64,000 bases of DNA from an uncultured delta proteobacterium (GCA_963812015.1 CAWETI010000002.1:1152001-1216000), one strand, 5' to 3'; positions 17,467-28,569 are shown, counted from the first letter of the stretch. Numbers and translations are program-made. The notes: generated by a model not told the origin, from the letters alone.

Positions 17467-18627
17467 CTAAGCGATAAACAGGGTTTTTAGTTTCACCAGC
17501 AGGCCCAGATCGCCCTTGATCCGGAATTGGCCAGAAAGGAAGGCCGTAGTGCCGTCCAGCTCTTTCCGGGCGATGGCCAGCCACACATCCGCCGGAGTTT
17601 TGATGGTGATATTAGGATGATCCGCGGGACCCTCCTGGAAGGTGGCCTGGCCGTCGGCGATCACCAGGTGGGCGCTGAAGTTTTCGCTGCCGCTGACATC
17701 AAACTGGTAGGTAGCCGTGAGACCTGCAGCGGCGGCTGAGTTCAGGGCCCCGGGCATCACCTCCAACAGTTCCCGGGCGGTGTTGGGCTCCTTAGGCTGA
17801 GACCTGATCTCGGAGTGCGTCTCGGAGTGCGTCTCGGGTGGGGCCGCAATTTCGGGAGCTTCTTCCTGGTGCTTTCTCTGGGCCCTGGAGGGGATTTCTC
17901 CCATGGCGGCTTGGGAACGAGTTTGGCCGACATAGGCCTCGAAGCTCTTAAACAACCCCTGTTCCTGCCAGTGCTCGTAGTCGGCCACCATAAAATCCCG
18001 GTTATCCTTGATCAGGCTGCTCATAAATTGCCAGTAGAGCAGGTCCTGGTCTGTGGCCGGATAGCGCCGGCCTTCTTTCACCGCCCGAGCCAGGTCCCGG
18101 GCCAGGTCGGCGGCCCGGGCCTCCACCGTCTCCCGCCCCAAAAATTCTCCGGGGCTTACGGCGATGGCGGTGAACTTCCCCACGGGGAAGGCGCCGAAGA
18201 GTCTGAGGACCTGGCCCAGATAGTCGGCCGCCCAGGTTTCGCCGTGACCGGCGGAGACGCTCAGGGCCAGACCGGGCTTCCAGGTGCCCCGGGGGCGGTG
18301 GCCATAGCCCAGGGACCGATCCAGGAAGGTCTTCATCTGGGCGGTAATATTATTGATATAGACCGGGGAGGCCAGGATCACGGCATCCGCCTCCAAGACC
18401 TGCCGGACCACCGACTTGTAATCGTCCCGGACCCAGCAGGCGCCGGTTTCCAGACAGGTGGCGCAGCCGGTGCAAAAGCCGATCTGGTATTGGCTCAGAA
18501 AGATTTCTTCCAGTTCCAATCCCTCCCGGGACAGGTTCTCCCCCAGCATGGCCAACATCTGGGAGGTGTTGCCGAAGCCTTCATGCGGGGAGCCGTTGAT
18601 GGCCACCACGTGGTAGTGCTCGGTCAT
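17467..18627 (-). CDS. Iron-sulfur flavoprotein/flavodoxin-like FMN reductase fused to an SCP2 lipid-binding domain
   Basis: INGSPH..GNT, CTGCATC....C, ASPVY...AQMKTFLDR; C-terminal LDGTTAFLSGQFRIKGDL (SCP2). Confidence 0.85.
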   Translation of the reverse strand: MTEHYHVVAINGSPHEGFGNTSQMLAMLGENLSREGLELEEIFLSQYQIGFCTGCATCLETGACWVRDDYKSVVRQVLEADAVILASPVYINNITAQMKTFLDRSLGYGHRPRGTWKPGLALSVSAGHGETWAADYLGQVLRLFGAFPVGKFTAIAVSPGEFLGRETVEARAADLARDLARAVKEGRRYPATDQDLLYWQFMSSLIKDNRDFMVADYEHWQEQGLFKSFEAYVGQTRSQAAMGEIPSRAQRKHQEEAPEIAAPPETHSETHSEIRSQPKEPNTARELLEVMPGALNSAAAAGLTATYQFDVSGSENFSAHLVIADGQATFQEGPADHPNITIKTPADVWLAIARKELDGTTAFLSGQFRIKGDLGLLVKLKTLFIA

Positions 18628-18738
18628 GCCATTCTCCTTTTTTCATTCTTTTCCTGCCGGGCCAGCCGAAGGCCCTGCTCTTCAGGATGCCCATCCGGAT
18701 GCCGGCCCTCGCGAGCCGTCGTCCCCGGCGGGGCATGG

Positions 18739-19488
18739 TCAAAGACTTCGGTGCTGCAGGTGATCATCCTCTGCCGCCTTCAAGTTCTGCATGGCCATCA
18801 CCCGGTGCTGGAATACCCGATCGATGACGTAGGCCCTCAAGGCCCGGGCCACCCGGGTGAGCTCCAGGGTTACGGTTGCGTCTTGTTCAAAGGGGAGGCC
18901 CCCGGTGAGCCGGTGCCGCACGGCCATCTCCTGATCGACGATCTCGGCGGCCAGGCGGGGATAGTAGGCGCAGTCGGCCGGGGTGAGGCCCAGGTCCAGG
19001 CTGCGTCGCAGGATGCGGCCCATAGCCACGTCTTCCTGGTCGAAGCGGCCTTTCTGCAAAGGCTGCAAAAGGCAAGCGGCCACGAGTTGATCCACTTCCC
19101 GGGAACCAAGCCCGGTGGCGCGGCTGAAGGATTTCTTATCCAAGCGCTCCCGGTCGTCGGGGCGGCCAAAGATGGCGGCGTTCAGTTCCAGCAGCGGCGC
19201 CAGCTCCCGACCCTGTTCCAGGTCCCGGAGCACTTCCTTGATGGCGGCCAGGGGGAGGTGATGCTTACTCTGCATCAGCTTGATGAAGGTGAGGCGCTCC
19301 ACGCAGCCGGGGTCGTAATAGGCCATGTTGCGGCTGGTTTTGAGCGGCGGCGGCAGGAGGCCCTCCTTCAGATAATGGAGGATGGTGGACTTGGACACCC
19401 CGGTGGCGGCCACCAACTCCCGCATGCGCAGGCCGGCCGGGCTGGTTTTGTTCGGATTGGCGGTGGCGGTGATCTGTCGGTTGACCAT
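18739..19488 (-). CDS. MerR family transcriptional regulator with two HTH-like repeats
   Basis: MRELVAATGVSKSTILHYLKEGLLP..YYD; start inferred from AAGGA RBS. Confidence 0.85.
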   Translation of the reverse strand: MVNRQITATANPNKTSPAGLRMRELVAATGVSKSTILHYLKEGLLPPPLKTSRNMAYYDPGCVERLTFIKLMQSKHHLPLAAIKEVLRDLEQGRELAPLLELNAAIFGRPDDRERLDKKSFSRATGLGSREVDQLVAACLLQPLQKGRFDQEDVAMGRILRRSLDLGLTPADCAYYPRLAAEIVDQEMAVRHRLTGGLPFEQDATVTLELTRVARALRAYVIDRVFQHRVMAMQNLKAAEDDHLQHRSL

Positions 19489-19519
19489 GCTGTTGTCCTT
19501 GCCCGTCCTATGCGAGAAG

Positions 19520-19567
19520 GGTTTACCAGCAAAAAGATAAAGTGTCAAGTATTTCTCTACACTTTAT
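19520..19567 (-). promoter_or_regulatory. MerR-gene promoter with an inverted repeat overlapping the -35 box
   Basis: Minus strand TTGACA-17bp-TAAACC; ATAAAGTGT-N13-ACACTTTAT at 19537-19567. Confidence 0.55.
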
Positions 19568-19696
19568 AAAGAAATAAAAATAATCCCGGCGCCTCCGCCC
19601 GGGAAGGGGAGCGGCGCCTGCCGGGGTCTTGCTTTCCTGGCCACCACCCGCCCTCCACCTTGACCGGCGGCCCGGTCTCGGTGTACATTCACCCCA

Positions 19697-19827
19697 GAAG
19701 CTATTTCAAAACCGGTTTATTGTGTCCCCCTGGACGTTAGCGAAGGGTTTAGGTTATTGGAAAGAATAGATTCTTCGCTTCGCTCAGAATGACAAACTGG
19801 CGCAAAAAGAGGTTTTGAAATAAGTTC
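19697..19827. repeat. MITE-like element of about 130 bp, copy 1
   Basis: Terminal IR GAAGCTATTTCAAAACC / GGTTTTGAAATAAGTTC; core AGATTCTTCGCTTCGCTCAGAATGAC; related copy at 61273. Confidence 0.8.
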
Positions 19828-19869
19828 CAGGCCTCCGGCCCGCCCCTATTTTTAGTTTCCGGGAGAGAT

Positions 19870-20844
19870 GTGACTGCACCAATCCGGTTGCAAGAAATTC
19901 CCTTGAGCCAGATCGTCCTGTCGGAGACCGCCCTGGAGATGATGGCGGCCCCGGACCTGGACCGTGTGGCGGCATCCCTTCAGGAAGTGGGGCTGATCAA
20001 CCCTCCCTGGCTCCGGCCTCAGGCCGGCGAAGCCCGGTACACGGTGGTAACCGGGACCAGGCGTCTGCTGGCCGCAACCCACCTGGGCTGGCCGGAGGTT
20101 ACCGCCCGCCTGGTGCCGGCGGACACCCCCGATTTATCCTGCCTGCTGGTCCACCTGTTCGATAATGCCTTTAGCCGGGGGTTCAACCTTAAGGAGCAGG
20201 CCAGCCTGGCCGCCCGGCTGATGGAATATTGCGACCCCAAGACCGTGGCGGCCAAGTATCTCCCCTATCTGGGCCTCCCGCCGTCTCAGGCGCATCTGAC
20301 GCGCCTGATCAAGGCGGCCGGCCTGGAGGAAGCCTGGCTGGGGCTGGCGGCCCAGGGCCGCCTGGCCCTCACCGCCGCGGCCCTGCTGGCTGATTGGGAC
20401 CCGGCGGACCGGGCCGCCGCCTGGCCATACCTCGAGGGCTTACGGCTGAGCCAGAGCAAACAGGAAGAATTCCTGGACCAGGTCGCCCTCCTGGCCCGCC
20501 GGGAGGGGCTCGCCCCGGTGGCGATCCTGGCCCGGGACCAACTCCGCCAGGCCCTGACTGACCCGGACCGCACCCCCCCGGAGAGGACGGAGGCGGTGCG
20601 GCGGCTCCTGTCCCGCCAGGTTTATCCCCGCTTCAGCGCCGCCCGGGAGGCCTTCGAGACCGCCCTGGCCCGGCTGGGGTGGAAGCGCACCCCCCGCATC
20701 CGCCTGCAGCCGCCCCCGGCCTTTGAAGGCCCCGATTTCCACCTGGAGATCAAATTCCGGGACGCCCCGGAACTGGAACAACTCCTGGCCGAAATCGCCA
20801 CCCTGACCCGGCAGGAAGAATTCGCCGACTTGACTCGCGGGTAA
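19870..20844 (+). CDS. ParB/Srx N-terminal domain protein
   Basis: SLQEVGLINPP..YTVVTGTRRL followed by a helical region. Confidence 0.75.
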   Translation: MTAPIRLQEIPLSQIVLSETALEMMAAPDLDRVAASLQEVGLINPPWLRPQAGEARYTVVTGTRRLLAATHLGWPEVTARLVPADTPDLSCLLVHLFDNAFSRGFNLKEQASLAARLMEYCDPKTVAAKYLPYLGLPPSQAHLTRLIKAAGLEEAWLGLAAQGRLALTAAALLADWDPADRAAAWPYLEGLRLSQSKQEEFLDQVALLARREGLAPVAILARDQLRQALTDPDRTPPERTEAVRRLLSRQVYPRFSAAREAFETALARLGWKRTPRIRLQPPPAFEGPDFHLEIKFRDAPELEQLLAEIATLTRQEEFADLTRG

Positions 20845-20958
20845 ATCGCCACCCCGCTCCTTGATGCCCCTGCCCAAAAATTGCCTTGACTATCAATCCT
20901 GTTGTTCTATGATGAGCCAAAATCGCAAAGTTTACAAAATCGGCCAAGGAGGGTGCAA

Positions 20959-22275
20959 ATGCTCGTATTCATCAGTGACCTGCATTTTGTGGACGGCACC
21001 GCGGGAGAGCATAACCTCTCCCCCCGGGCTTTCGAGTATTTTTTTGAAGACCTGGTGGCCATCGCCACCAAGCCCAGCAATGAGATCAAGGAGGTCAAGA
21101 TCGTTTTGTTGGGGGACATCTTTGATCTCCTGCGCACCACCAACTGGTTCGGCTATCCCGTCGACGAGAGACCCTGGGGCACTAACGAGCATGCTATTGA
21201 GGTCCACGCTCTCACCCTCTTTGACGCCCTCACCAGCCATCCCGTAAACAGCCAAACTTTTCAGATATTCCGGCAGAGGGTGGCTGACTTGCAGATTAAA
21301 TGCGGTCTGGCCACGGAGTCCAGATTGTTTTACCTGCCGGGCAACCACGACCGTCTCGTCAACCGGTACAGCAGTTTAAGAAAGAAGGTGTGCGACTGCC
21401 TGGGCATCCCGTCGGCCTGGCATGATCCCCAGGACCTCTTCCCCCATATCTATGAAGATTTGACTTATGGCCTGTTCGCCCGCCACGGGCATGAATATGA
21501 CAAGTATAATTATGAAGGTGGAAGCGCTTATACCGAAGCAGACTACCAACGGGTGCCCATCGGCGACCCCATCACCACGGAGTTGGTGGCCCGGCTGCCC
21601 TACGTCCTGGCCCGGCGCCTGGACGCCGTCCCCGGGCTCTCCCCCGCGGACAAGCAGAACATTATCAGAAATTTCCAGGAAATTGAAAATGTCCGCCCCC
21701 TGTCGGCGGTCATCGAGTGGCTCCTCTACCAGGTGCAGCAAAACCGGACCCTAAAAGAAGTCATCGAAGACACGGTGCAGGAGGTCATCGACTACTTCGA
21801 CAGCCTGGACTTCGTGAAGGCCTGGTATGCCCGCCACGACAAGTGGACCGATTGGCTGGACGAGGCCGACAAGATTCAGGCCTTCCTCTTTCTCCTGCGG
21901 CATTTTAAACTCTATAGCACTGAAAAGCTCTGGGACCTGGCCATGCGGGCCAAGGACTACTTTGTCAAGGACGACTTATTGGAAGCCGCCCCCCAGGAAT
22001 ATTTGCATCTGGATTCCCGCGTCCGTTACGTGGTCTATGGGCACACCCACGATCCCCTGGTGTCGCCGGTGCGTAGTGCCACGGCCGCCCCCGACCCACT
22101 GGAGCAGGTTTACCTCAACACCGGCACCTGGCGCGGCCGCTATTATAAGGCCACCCAGGATGACTCCTTCATCGCCTGGAAGAACATGACCTATATCATC
22201 TTTTATCAGGCGGGGGAACGTGACGACCAGTATCCGGTGTTCGAAACCTGGACCGGGAGCCTGAAGACTCTTTAG
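20959..22275 (+). CDS. Calcineurin-like metallophosphoesterase
   Basis: SDLH, GDIFD, GNHD, HGH, GHTH, NTGTW; AAGGAGG RBS. Confidence 0.85.
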   Translation: MLVFISDLHFVDGTAGEHNLSPRAFEYFFEDLVAIATKPSNEIKEVKIVLLGDIFDLLRTTNWFGYPVDERPWGTNEHAIEVHALTLFDALTSHPVNSQTFQIFRQRVADLQIKCGLATESRLFYLPGNHDRLVNRYSSLRKKVCDCLGIPSAWHDPQDLFPHIYEDLTYGLFARHGHEYDKYNYEGGSAYTEADYQRVPIGDPITTELVARLPYVLARRLDAVPGLSPADKQNIIRNFQEIENVRPLSAVIEWLLYQVQQNRTLKEVIEDTVQEVIDYFDSLDFVKAWYARHDKWTDWLDEADKIQAFLFLLRHFKLYSTEKLWDLAMRAKDYFVKDDLLEAAPQEYLHLDSRVRYVVYGHTHDPLVSPVRSATAAPDPLEQVYLNTGTWRGRYYKATQDDSFIAWKNMTYIIFYQAGERDDQYPVFETWTGSLKTL

Positions 22276-22374
22276 CGGCCCGGCCGCCCGGGAGGCGTCT
22301 CCGGGTTTAAAGTCTGGGGCGCTTTGCGCCGATGACGTCCCCAGCCGAAGCTAACTTGCCGGGAGGTCAGGCGC

Positions 22375-22659
22375 ATGGAGAAAAAAGACGACGAGGCCAG
22401 GGAAGCCCGACTGGCCGAAATGGGTAAGAGAATCGATGAGTTGAAGAGCCGGCTGGGGACGGTAACCGGCGAAGTCAAGGCGGAGTTGGAGAGACGGATT
22501 GACGCAGCTTATGCGGACCAGGAAGAGCTGCGTCAGCGGCTGCAGCAACTCAAAGACAAAGGCCTGGAGCAGTGGGACACCCTTAAGGACCAGGCCGGCA
22601 ACGCCTTGAACGGCCTGGAGAAAGCTTTGCAAGACCTGGCGGCCAAGCTCAAAAAATAA
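22375..22659 (+). CDS. Small coiled-coil protein
   Basis: GGAGG RBS; charged heptad-rich 94-aa ORF. Confidence 0.7.
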   Translation: MEKKDDEAREARLAEMGKRIDELKSRLGTVTGEVKAELERRIDAAYADQEELRQRLQQLKDKGLEQWDTLKDQAGNALNGLEKALQDLAAKLKK

Positions 22660-22839
22660 CCCAGCGGCCCCCGGCCGGGTCCGGCCCGGTGGGCAAGGAG
22701 TCCCGCTCCCGCCAGAGCGGAGAGGCACGCCCCCAGGAGCTTAACCCCGACGCCAAAACTCCTTGCGCTTGGCGTCGACGTACTTATCTTGTGAGGCATC
22801 ACGTTAGGGGGCGCTAACCATTCCCCCAGGGAGCCTCAC

Positions 22840-24921
22840 ATGTCGGAACCCCGGCCCAACCGCCTCATCGATACGACCAGCCCCTATCTGCAACAGCATG
22901 CCTACAATCCGGTGGATTGGTATCCCTGGGGGCCGGAGGCCCTGGACCGGGCCCGCCGGGAAGACAAGCCCATCTTTTTGAGCATCGGCTACTCCACCTG
23001 TCATTGGTGCCACGTCATGGCCCACGAGTCGTTTGAAAATCCGGCCATCGCCGCCATCATGAACCAGCATTTGGTCAACATCAAGCTGGACCGGGAAGAG
23101 CGCCCCGACCTGGATGAAACCTACATGAATGCGGTGCAGGTGCTCACCGGCCACGGCGGTTGGCCCCTGAGCGTCTTCCTCACTCCGGATTTGAAGCCGT
23201 TTTACGGGGGCACCTATTTCCCCCCCGAAGACCGGGGGGGCCTGCCGGGTTTTCCCCGCCTGGTGCTGGCCCTCAGCCAGGCGTACCATCAGAAGCGCGA
23301 CCAGGTGACGTCCATGTCCCTGAAGGTGGAAAGCCACGTGCAGCGGCTGGGAGAAATGCCGGGGGCCGGGGGCGACCCCAGCCGGGAAACCCTGGAGGCC
23401 GCGGCGCACCGCCTTCTGAAAGATTTCGACCCGGTGTACGGCGGCCTGGGCAGCGCCCCGAAATTTCCCCGGTCCCTGGAATTGGATTTTCTGTTCCACT
23501 ACCAGCATCTCTCCGGGGAGACCCCGGTCTTGGATAAGCTGGGGTTCACCCTGGAGAAGATGGCCCGGGGGGGCATCTACGACCAGTTGGGCGGGGGGTT
23601 CCACCGCTACAGCGTGGATGCGGCCTGGGTGGTGCCCCATTTTGAGAAGATGCTCTACGACAATGCCCTCTTACCTCCCCTCTATCTGGCGCATTATCGG
23701 CTGACCGGGAGCGATCTGTCTCGGCGCATCGCCACCGAGACCCTGGATTTCATCCTGGGGGAGATGAGCGCCCCCCAGGGAGGGTTTTATGCGGCCTGGG
23801 ATGCGGACAGCGAAGGGGTGGAAGGCAAATACTATGTCTGGAGCCTGGAGGAGGTGGCCCGGGTGGCGGGGCCCGAGGCCGCGCCCCTGGTGAGCGCCGC
23901 CCTGGGAGTGACCCGGGAGGGCAATTTCGAGGGCGCCAACATCCTGACCCGGCCCAGGTCCCGGTCCGAGTTGGGGGCGCAGTTTCAGTTGTCGCCGGAG
24001 GAGGTGGGGCACATCCTGGCGACGGCGTTTGGACGTCTCAGCCAGGTTAGGACCCAGCGGGTGCCGCCCCACCGGGACGAAAAGGTCATCGTCGCCTGGA
24101 ACGGCCTGGCCATCACGGCCCTGGCCATGGGGGCCCAGGTCCTGGGTGAGCCGCGCTACTATGAGGCCGCGGCTCGGGCCGCCCGCTTCCTGCTGGGGGA
24201 GCTGCTGCAGGAGAATACCCTCTTCCGGATCTGGACTGCCGGCCGGATCAGCGTCCCGGGTTTCTCGGAGGATTACGCCCTGTTGGCCAACGCCCTCCTG
24301 GACCTGTACGAGAGCGATTTCGATCCCGCCTGGGTGAGCCAGGCCCGTCGCCTGATGGCGCGCCTGGAGGAAAAATTCCTGGATCCCGGGGACGGCATCT
24401 ATTTTTATGTGGACCGGGACCAGGCCACCCCCCTGGTCCGCTCCAAGAGCCTCTATGACCAGGTCCTGCCTTCGGGCAACTCCATGGCGGCCCGGGTGTG
24501 TTTGAGACTGCACCGGCTGACTGAGGAAGGGAAATACCAGGAGCGGGCCCAGACGATTATCCGGCAGCTCCAGTCCCACGCCCAAGAAAACCCCCGGGGC
24601 TTTGGCCATCTTTGGACGGTCCAGACTTTAGCTCTGACCCCGCCCCTGGACCTCACCCTGGTGGGCGACCCCCAGGATGCCCGGACCCAGGCCTTGGTCC
24701 AGGCGGCCTACCGCAGCTACCGGCCGGAGCGGCGCCTGGTCCTGAAAAACCCGGAGGATTGCGCCGGCCTGGAAGAACTGATGCCCTGGACCAGGGGCTA
24801 CAGCCAACCGGAGGAGGAACCGGTGGCCTATCTCTGCCGGGATTTCACCTGCCTGCCGGGCATCACTGATCCCCAGGAACTGGCGGCCACACTGAGCCCG
24901 GCGACTGAAGGGCAGGCTTGA
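22840..24921 (+). CDS. Thioredoxin-domain protein, YyaL/SSP411 family
   Basis: [41 protein letters not shown]. Confidence 0.95.
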   Translation: MSEPRPNRLIDTTSPYLQQHAYNPVDWYPWGPEALDRARREDKPIFLSIGYSTCHWCHVMAHESFENPAIAAIMNQHLVNIKLDREERPDLDETYMNAVQVLTGHGGWPLSVFLTPDLKPFYGGTYFPPEDRGGLPGFPRLVLALSQAYHQKRDQVTSMSLKVESHVQRLGEMPGAGGDPSRETLEAAAHRLLKDFDPVYGGLGSAPKFPRSLELDFLFHYQHLSGETPVLDKLGFTLEKMARGGIYDQLGGGFHRYSVDAAWVVPHFEKMLYDNALLPPLYLAHYRLTGSDLSRRIATETLDFILGEMSAPQGGFYAAWDADSEGVEGKYYVWSLEEVARVAGPEAAPLVSAALGVTREGNFEGANILTRPRSRSELGAQFQLSPEEVGHILATAFGRLSQVRTQRVPPHRDEKVIVAWNGLAITALAMGAQVLGEPRYYEAAARAARFLLGELLQENTLFRIWTAGRISVPGFSEDYALLANALLDLYESDFDPAWVSQARRLMARLEEKFLDPGDGIYFYVDRDQATPLVRSKSLYDQVLPSGNSMAARVCLRLHRLTEEGKYQERAQTIIRQLQSHAQENPRGFGHLWTVQTLALTPPLDLTLVGDPQDARTQALVQAAYRSYRPERRLVLKNPEDCAGLEELMPWTRGYSQPEEEPVAYLCRDFTCLPGITDPQELAATLSPATEGQA

Positions 24922-25068
24922 CCGGGGATTTTTTGGCCGGCGCCACCAGGGATTACCTCCAAGCCATGCCCCCCTCACGTGCGTGCGAAGAAAATTAAAT
25001 AATTTGTAAAGCTTGTTCTTAAATCATTCCTCCCTTATAATCGGGCCAGAGCCAAGGAGGGCTTATGC

Positions 25069-25818
25069 ATGGACCGCGACGCCGCCCTGAAATTGGTCCG
25101 CACCCTGACCCAGCCGGTGCTGGAACTTTTCTGCCCCGGGGAGCTCCCTGAGTTCGAAGACGATTTTGCCGCCTGGTCCTTGAGCGCCGGGGCTTTGGGG
25201 GTATCGGAACCATCCATTTTTCTCACTTCTCCCGGACACGGTCTCGACACCACCCTGGTGGCGGGGATGTTCTTCCAGGTGGTGCTGGAGGCTTCCCGAT
25301 TGCCCAGCGGTTCCCAGGAACGGGTCTCCTTCATCCGCAAGCGGGCCAAAGATTACCTGGTGACGCAACTGGCCGGCCAGATCACCCTGTCGCAGTTTTA
25401 CCGTCTGCTCAACCTCATCGAGGAAGAGGCGGGGCTTTATTTTGCCCGGCAGGATTGGTCGGGGGAAAAATCCGGCCTGCGGGAGACCCGGGAGGTCCCC
25501 CTGTCGCCCCCATTGCCGGAGCCGGTGAAGGGCGAGGCCTTGCGCCAGGCCCTGGCCAAAATCCCCCTCCCCGTGAAGGGCCGGCGCAAGCTAACCCCCG
25601 AGACCCTGTGGGACTTTCTCCGGGGGACCGAGGCCCGCTGGTTCCGCCTGCTGGACTTCGAGGCCAGGTTTCAGGTGAACAAAAAGACCGCCTGGAATTA
25701 TTTAAACCTCTTGCTCCAGGGAGGGGTCCTGGTCCACAACGGGGAGAAGGCCAACCGGGTGCGCTATGCCCTGGCCGGGCTGTTCCAGACCAATCCGGCC
25801 AACGCCCCAAGCATTTAG
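25069..25818 (+). CDS. Hypothetical protein with a possible C-terminal winged helix
   Basis: AAGGAGG RBS; FQVNKKTAWNYLNLLLQGGVL..GEKANRVRY. Confidence 0.7.
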   Translation: MDRDAALKLVRTLTQPVLELFCPGELPEFEDDFAAWSLSAGALGVSEPSIFLTSPGHGLDTTLVAGMFFQVVLEASRLPSGSQERVSFIRKRAKDYLVTQLAGQITLSQFYRLLNLIEEEAGLYFARQDWSGEKSGLRETREVPLSPPLPEPVKGEALRQALAKIPLPVKGRRKLTPETLWDFLRGTEARWFRLLDFEARFQVNKKTAWNYLNLLLQGGVLVHNGEKANRVRYALAGLFQTNPANAPSI

Positions 25819-26139
25819 GCACCTTTCCGCCACCCTCCATCCACCGTCCCATGAACAGGGCGGAGCCGCAGGTTGTCCCCGACACGGCGGCCATTTCATT
25901 ATGCGGACCATATCCGAAACTATTCGCAATTTTTAAGAATTTTCTCTTATGGCAAGCTATCCGCTGTTGCACATCTCATTTAACTGCCCGCGCCAGTCGC
26001 CACACCCGATGTCTATCAACCCCAGTTTTTTCTCTGGCTCGCCGCTTTTGCGCATTGTTGGCCTTGGGTTCTCAGACCACAAGCAATTACTACTTGCCAA
26101 CCGATGGTCTCTCATGCCTTACGCTACTTTAAGGCCCTT

Positions 26140-26442
26140 CTAATCTTTTTCATTATCGATGCGGTCGAAAAACGATTTTTTGGTAAATTCCTCACGAAAC
26201 AGTTTTTCTTCGACTTTCTGCAGCCGACCTTGCGCTGCTTCTATTTTTTCCATCACGTCCGAGAGTTCCATGAGTTTAGCGCTTAATTCTTTTAGTTTGG
26301 CTTTCGCTTCCAGAAGTTCCTCTTTTGCTTGGGCTATTTCCCTTTTGGCTTCCTGTTCGCTCAACTCACCCTCCTTGATCCGGCCCCGTCGGCTGCCGCG
26401 ATCTGTTAGGCTATCCCCCCTGGCACCAATGGCCGAAGTCAA
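26140..26442 (-). CDS. Small coiled-coil hypothetical protein; the true start may lie downstream of the internal AAGGAGG
   Basis: E/K-rich heptad ORF. Confidence 0.45.
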   Translation of the reverse strand: MTSAIGARGDSLTDRGSRRGRIKEGELSEQEAKREIAQAKEELLEAKAKLKELSAKLMELSDVMEKIEAAQGRLQKVEEKLFREEFTKKSFFDRIDNEKD

Positions 26443-26450
26443 TCAGATAA

Positions 26451-26924
26451 TTACGCCACGCGCAGTTGCGCCAGCGATGCCCGGGCGCTGCCACCGCTTA
26501 TGTCCGGCACGATCTTCAATTCAAGCGCCGTTACAGCGTCAAGATCGACGTCGTAGTCTTCGACCTCCCCCGCGGCCTCCAGCGGACTGAAGTTATACTG
26601 CTGGCGCAAAATCTCTAGGTATGACTGACCGCCGTCCGGTGACCACCGTAAAACGAACTCTTGCGTGCGCTCCACCTCACCTTCAGAGAACACCAGGTGG
26701 ATCCGATTGAGTCTCACCGGCTCATCGAACCGGAGGCGGATCGTCTGCTCCCCAGGCTGCGCGGCCCGCCAACCCGGCCCCGCACCCGGAATTAATGCCG
26801 ATTCAATCGGGTAGTCGACATCTTCGGACGTGATTTCGACCTGTGCCAAGTGTTCAAGGTTCATCCAGCCGGGCTCGGCGGCTGCGACCTCACCAGGGCC
26901 ATGACCGATAACGCGCTTGCGCAT
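26451..26924 (-). CDS. Putative galactose-binding-fold (F5/8-like) protein
   Basis: GWRAAQPGEQTIRLRFDEP, EFVLRWSPDGG, QQYNFSP; GAGGAGG RBS. Confidence 0.7.
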   Translation of the reverse strand: MRKRVIGHGPGEVAAAEPGWMNLEHLAQVEITSEDVDYPIESALIPGAGPGWRAAQPGEQTIRLRFDEPVRLNRIHLVFSEGEVERTQEFVLRWSPDGGQSYLEILRQQYNFSPLEAAGEVEDYDVDLDAVTALELKIVPDISGGSARASLAQLRVA

Positions 26925-27361
26925 AGAGCACCTCCTCATTTCTCACTCAACGTAAAAGCCACACATTGAGAGCGGGCAGGGTTAGGGCTGGCCCTGCTAT
27001 TTCTCATAGAGTCTTATAATTTTCGGGCTGAGGCGACTTCTCCTGTTGATATTCACCACACCACTCATTTTCTGCCGTAGGGGGCCATGCCGTGTGTTGG
27101 GACGTTTCCTGTGGCGTAACCTGGGCTTTGGGACATGACGGCGCAAAGTTCCCATTGCCCCGGACGTCCCGGCATTTATCCTATCTTATGCCAAAACTCG
27201 CAATGAGAAGATAGGGGCCGCATGGTCTTGCCCTCCTTTAAGGAAAGGATAGCACGAAATCCCTCTAAGCACCGCAAGACAAAAACGACAAGGTGTCTAC
27301 CTTGCCGGGGCAGGAGATGGCCGATTCGGGTAAAATCGGGGCGGCCATCTTCTTTTACTGG

Positions 27362-27647
27362 TCAATTCTGGGTTTGACCGCGCACCACGGGTATGCTCAC
27401 CTCGACAGAGTGTTCCTGACGGTCGTCAACCAGGGGAATAGTGTTATCGGGTTGGTCGACGCCATCAAAGGTCACACGCGTCTCGCCCTTCCCGGACAGC
27501 GACCGCTGGACGGCGATGTGGTAGACCGTCTCCCGATACCGGTAGTGCATCGTGAAGCCCGGCCAATCCGACGGGAGACACGGCGTGAACCGCAGCTTGT
27601 CCACCTCAAGCCTCAGCCCCAGGAGTGATTCCACGATAAGCCGGTAC
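27362..27647 (-). pseudogene. 3' remnant of a GH94 glycosyl hydrolase/phosphorylase (cyclic beta-1,2-glucan synthase-like C-terminus), truncated by IS3
   Basis: YRLIVESLLGLRLEVDKLRFTPCLPSDWPGFTMHYRYRETVY directly abuts the IS end. Confidence 0.75.
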
Positions 27648-27676
27648 TGACCTGCCCCCGATAGTTGTACCAAGTT

Positions 27677-28519
27677 TTAAGTTAGAATTGGGGTCAAGTC
27701 AAGCCAGAGATCCTGGCGGAGCATAGCGTAGCCAGGATCTCTGGAAATCACCTGGATGGCCTCGGGTGCGGGTGGCCGATAACCCAAGGCGCTGTGAGGC
27801 CTTGCCGTATTGTATTCCCGCCGCCAGCGTTCTATAAGGATCTGGGCCTCCTTCAGGGTGGTGAAAATCTCCCCGTTGAGCAACTCATCCCGCAGTTTTC
27901 CATTGAAGCTCTCGTTGTAGCCATTCTCCCAGGGACTGCCAGGTTCAATGTAGAGCGTTTTGACTCCTACTCGGCTTAACCACTCCCGAACCGCCCTGGC
28001 CGTAAACTCCGGCCCGTTGTCTGATCGGATATAGTCTGGTGGGCGCCGTGACACAAACAGCTCTGTCAACCGATACAACACCGCATCTGCATCAAAACGC
28101 CGGGACACCTCGATGGCCAGGCATTCCCTGGTGTACTCATCAATGATGGTGAGCATTCGGAAAGCTTTGCCATCGTGAGTCCGCGCCATCACGAAGTCAT
28201 AGGACCATACATGGTTCGGCCAGCAGGGCCGGAGACGAACACAAGATCCGTCGCTTAACCACAACCTGCCCCGCTTTGGCTGCTTCTGGGGCACCTTCAG
28301 CCCTTCCTGTCGCCAGATCCGTTCCATTCTTTTATGGTTCACCACCCAGCCGTCACTTCGCAGCAACGCCAGGATACGGCGATAGCCGTATCGCCCATAC
28401 CTGCTGGCATGGCCAATGATGGCCGCAGTCAGCCCCACCTCGTCATCAGGCTCGGTGGCTTGGTAACGCTGGGTCGCACGCGGTTGCCCAATCACCCCGC
28501 AGACACGGCGTTCCGACAC
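27677..28519 (-). CDS. IS3 transposase OrfB (DDE/rve)
   Basis: [32 protein letters not shown]. Confidence 0.95.
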   Translation of the reverse strand: MSERRVCGVIGQPRATQRYQATEPDDEVGLTAAIIGHASRYGRYGYRRILALLRSDGWVVNHKRMERIWRQEGLKVPQKQPKRGRLWLSDGSCVRLRPCWPNHVWSYDFVMARTHDGKAFRMLTIIDEYTRECLAIEVSRRFDADAVLYRLTELFVSRRPPDYIRSDNGPEFTARAVREWLSRVGVKTLYIEPGSPWENGYNESFNGKLRDELLNGEIFTTLKEAQILIERWRREYNTARPHSALGYRPPAPEAIQVISRDPGYAMLRQDLWLDLTPILT

Positions 28520-28569
28520 CGGCAGAGCCTTCCGGATATGCTCAATGCATTGCCGCCGACGGGTCGGGC

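Noticed and set aside
17815..19569. 584-aa plus-strand ORF (likewise 49444-51300, 4037-5284 and 56123-57127)
   Set aside because: Shadow ORFs typical of high-GC coding DNA, each opposite a well-supported gene
25455..26143. Overlapping ORFs downstream of 25818
   Set aside because: No RBS, atypical composition and no motifs
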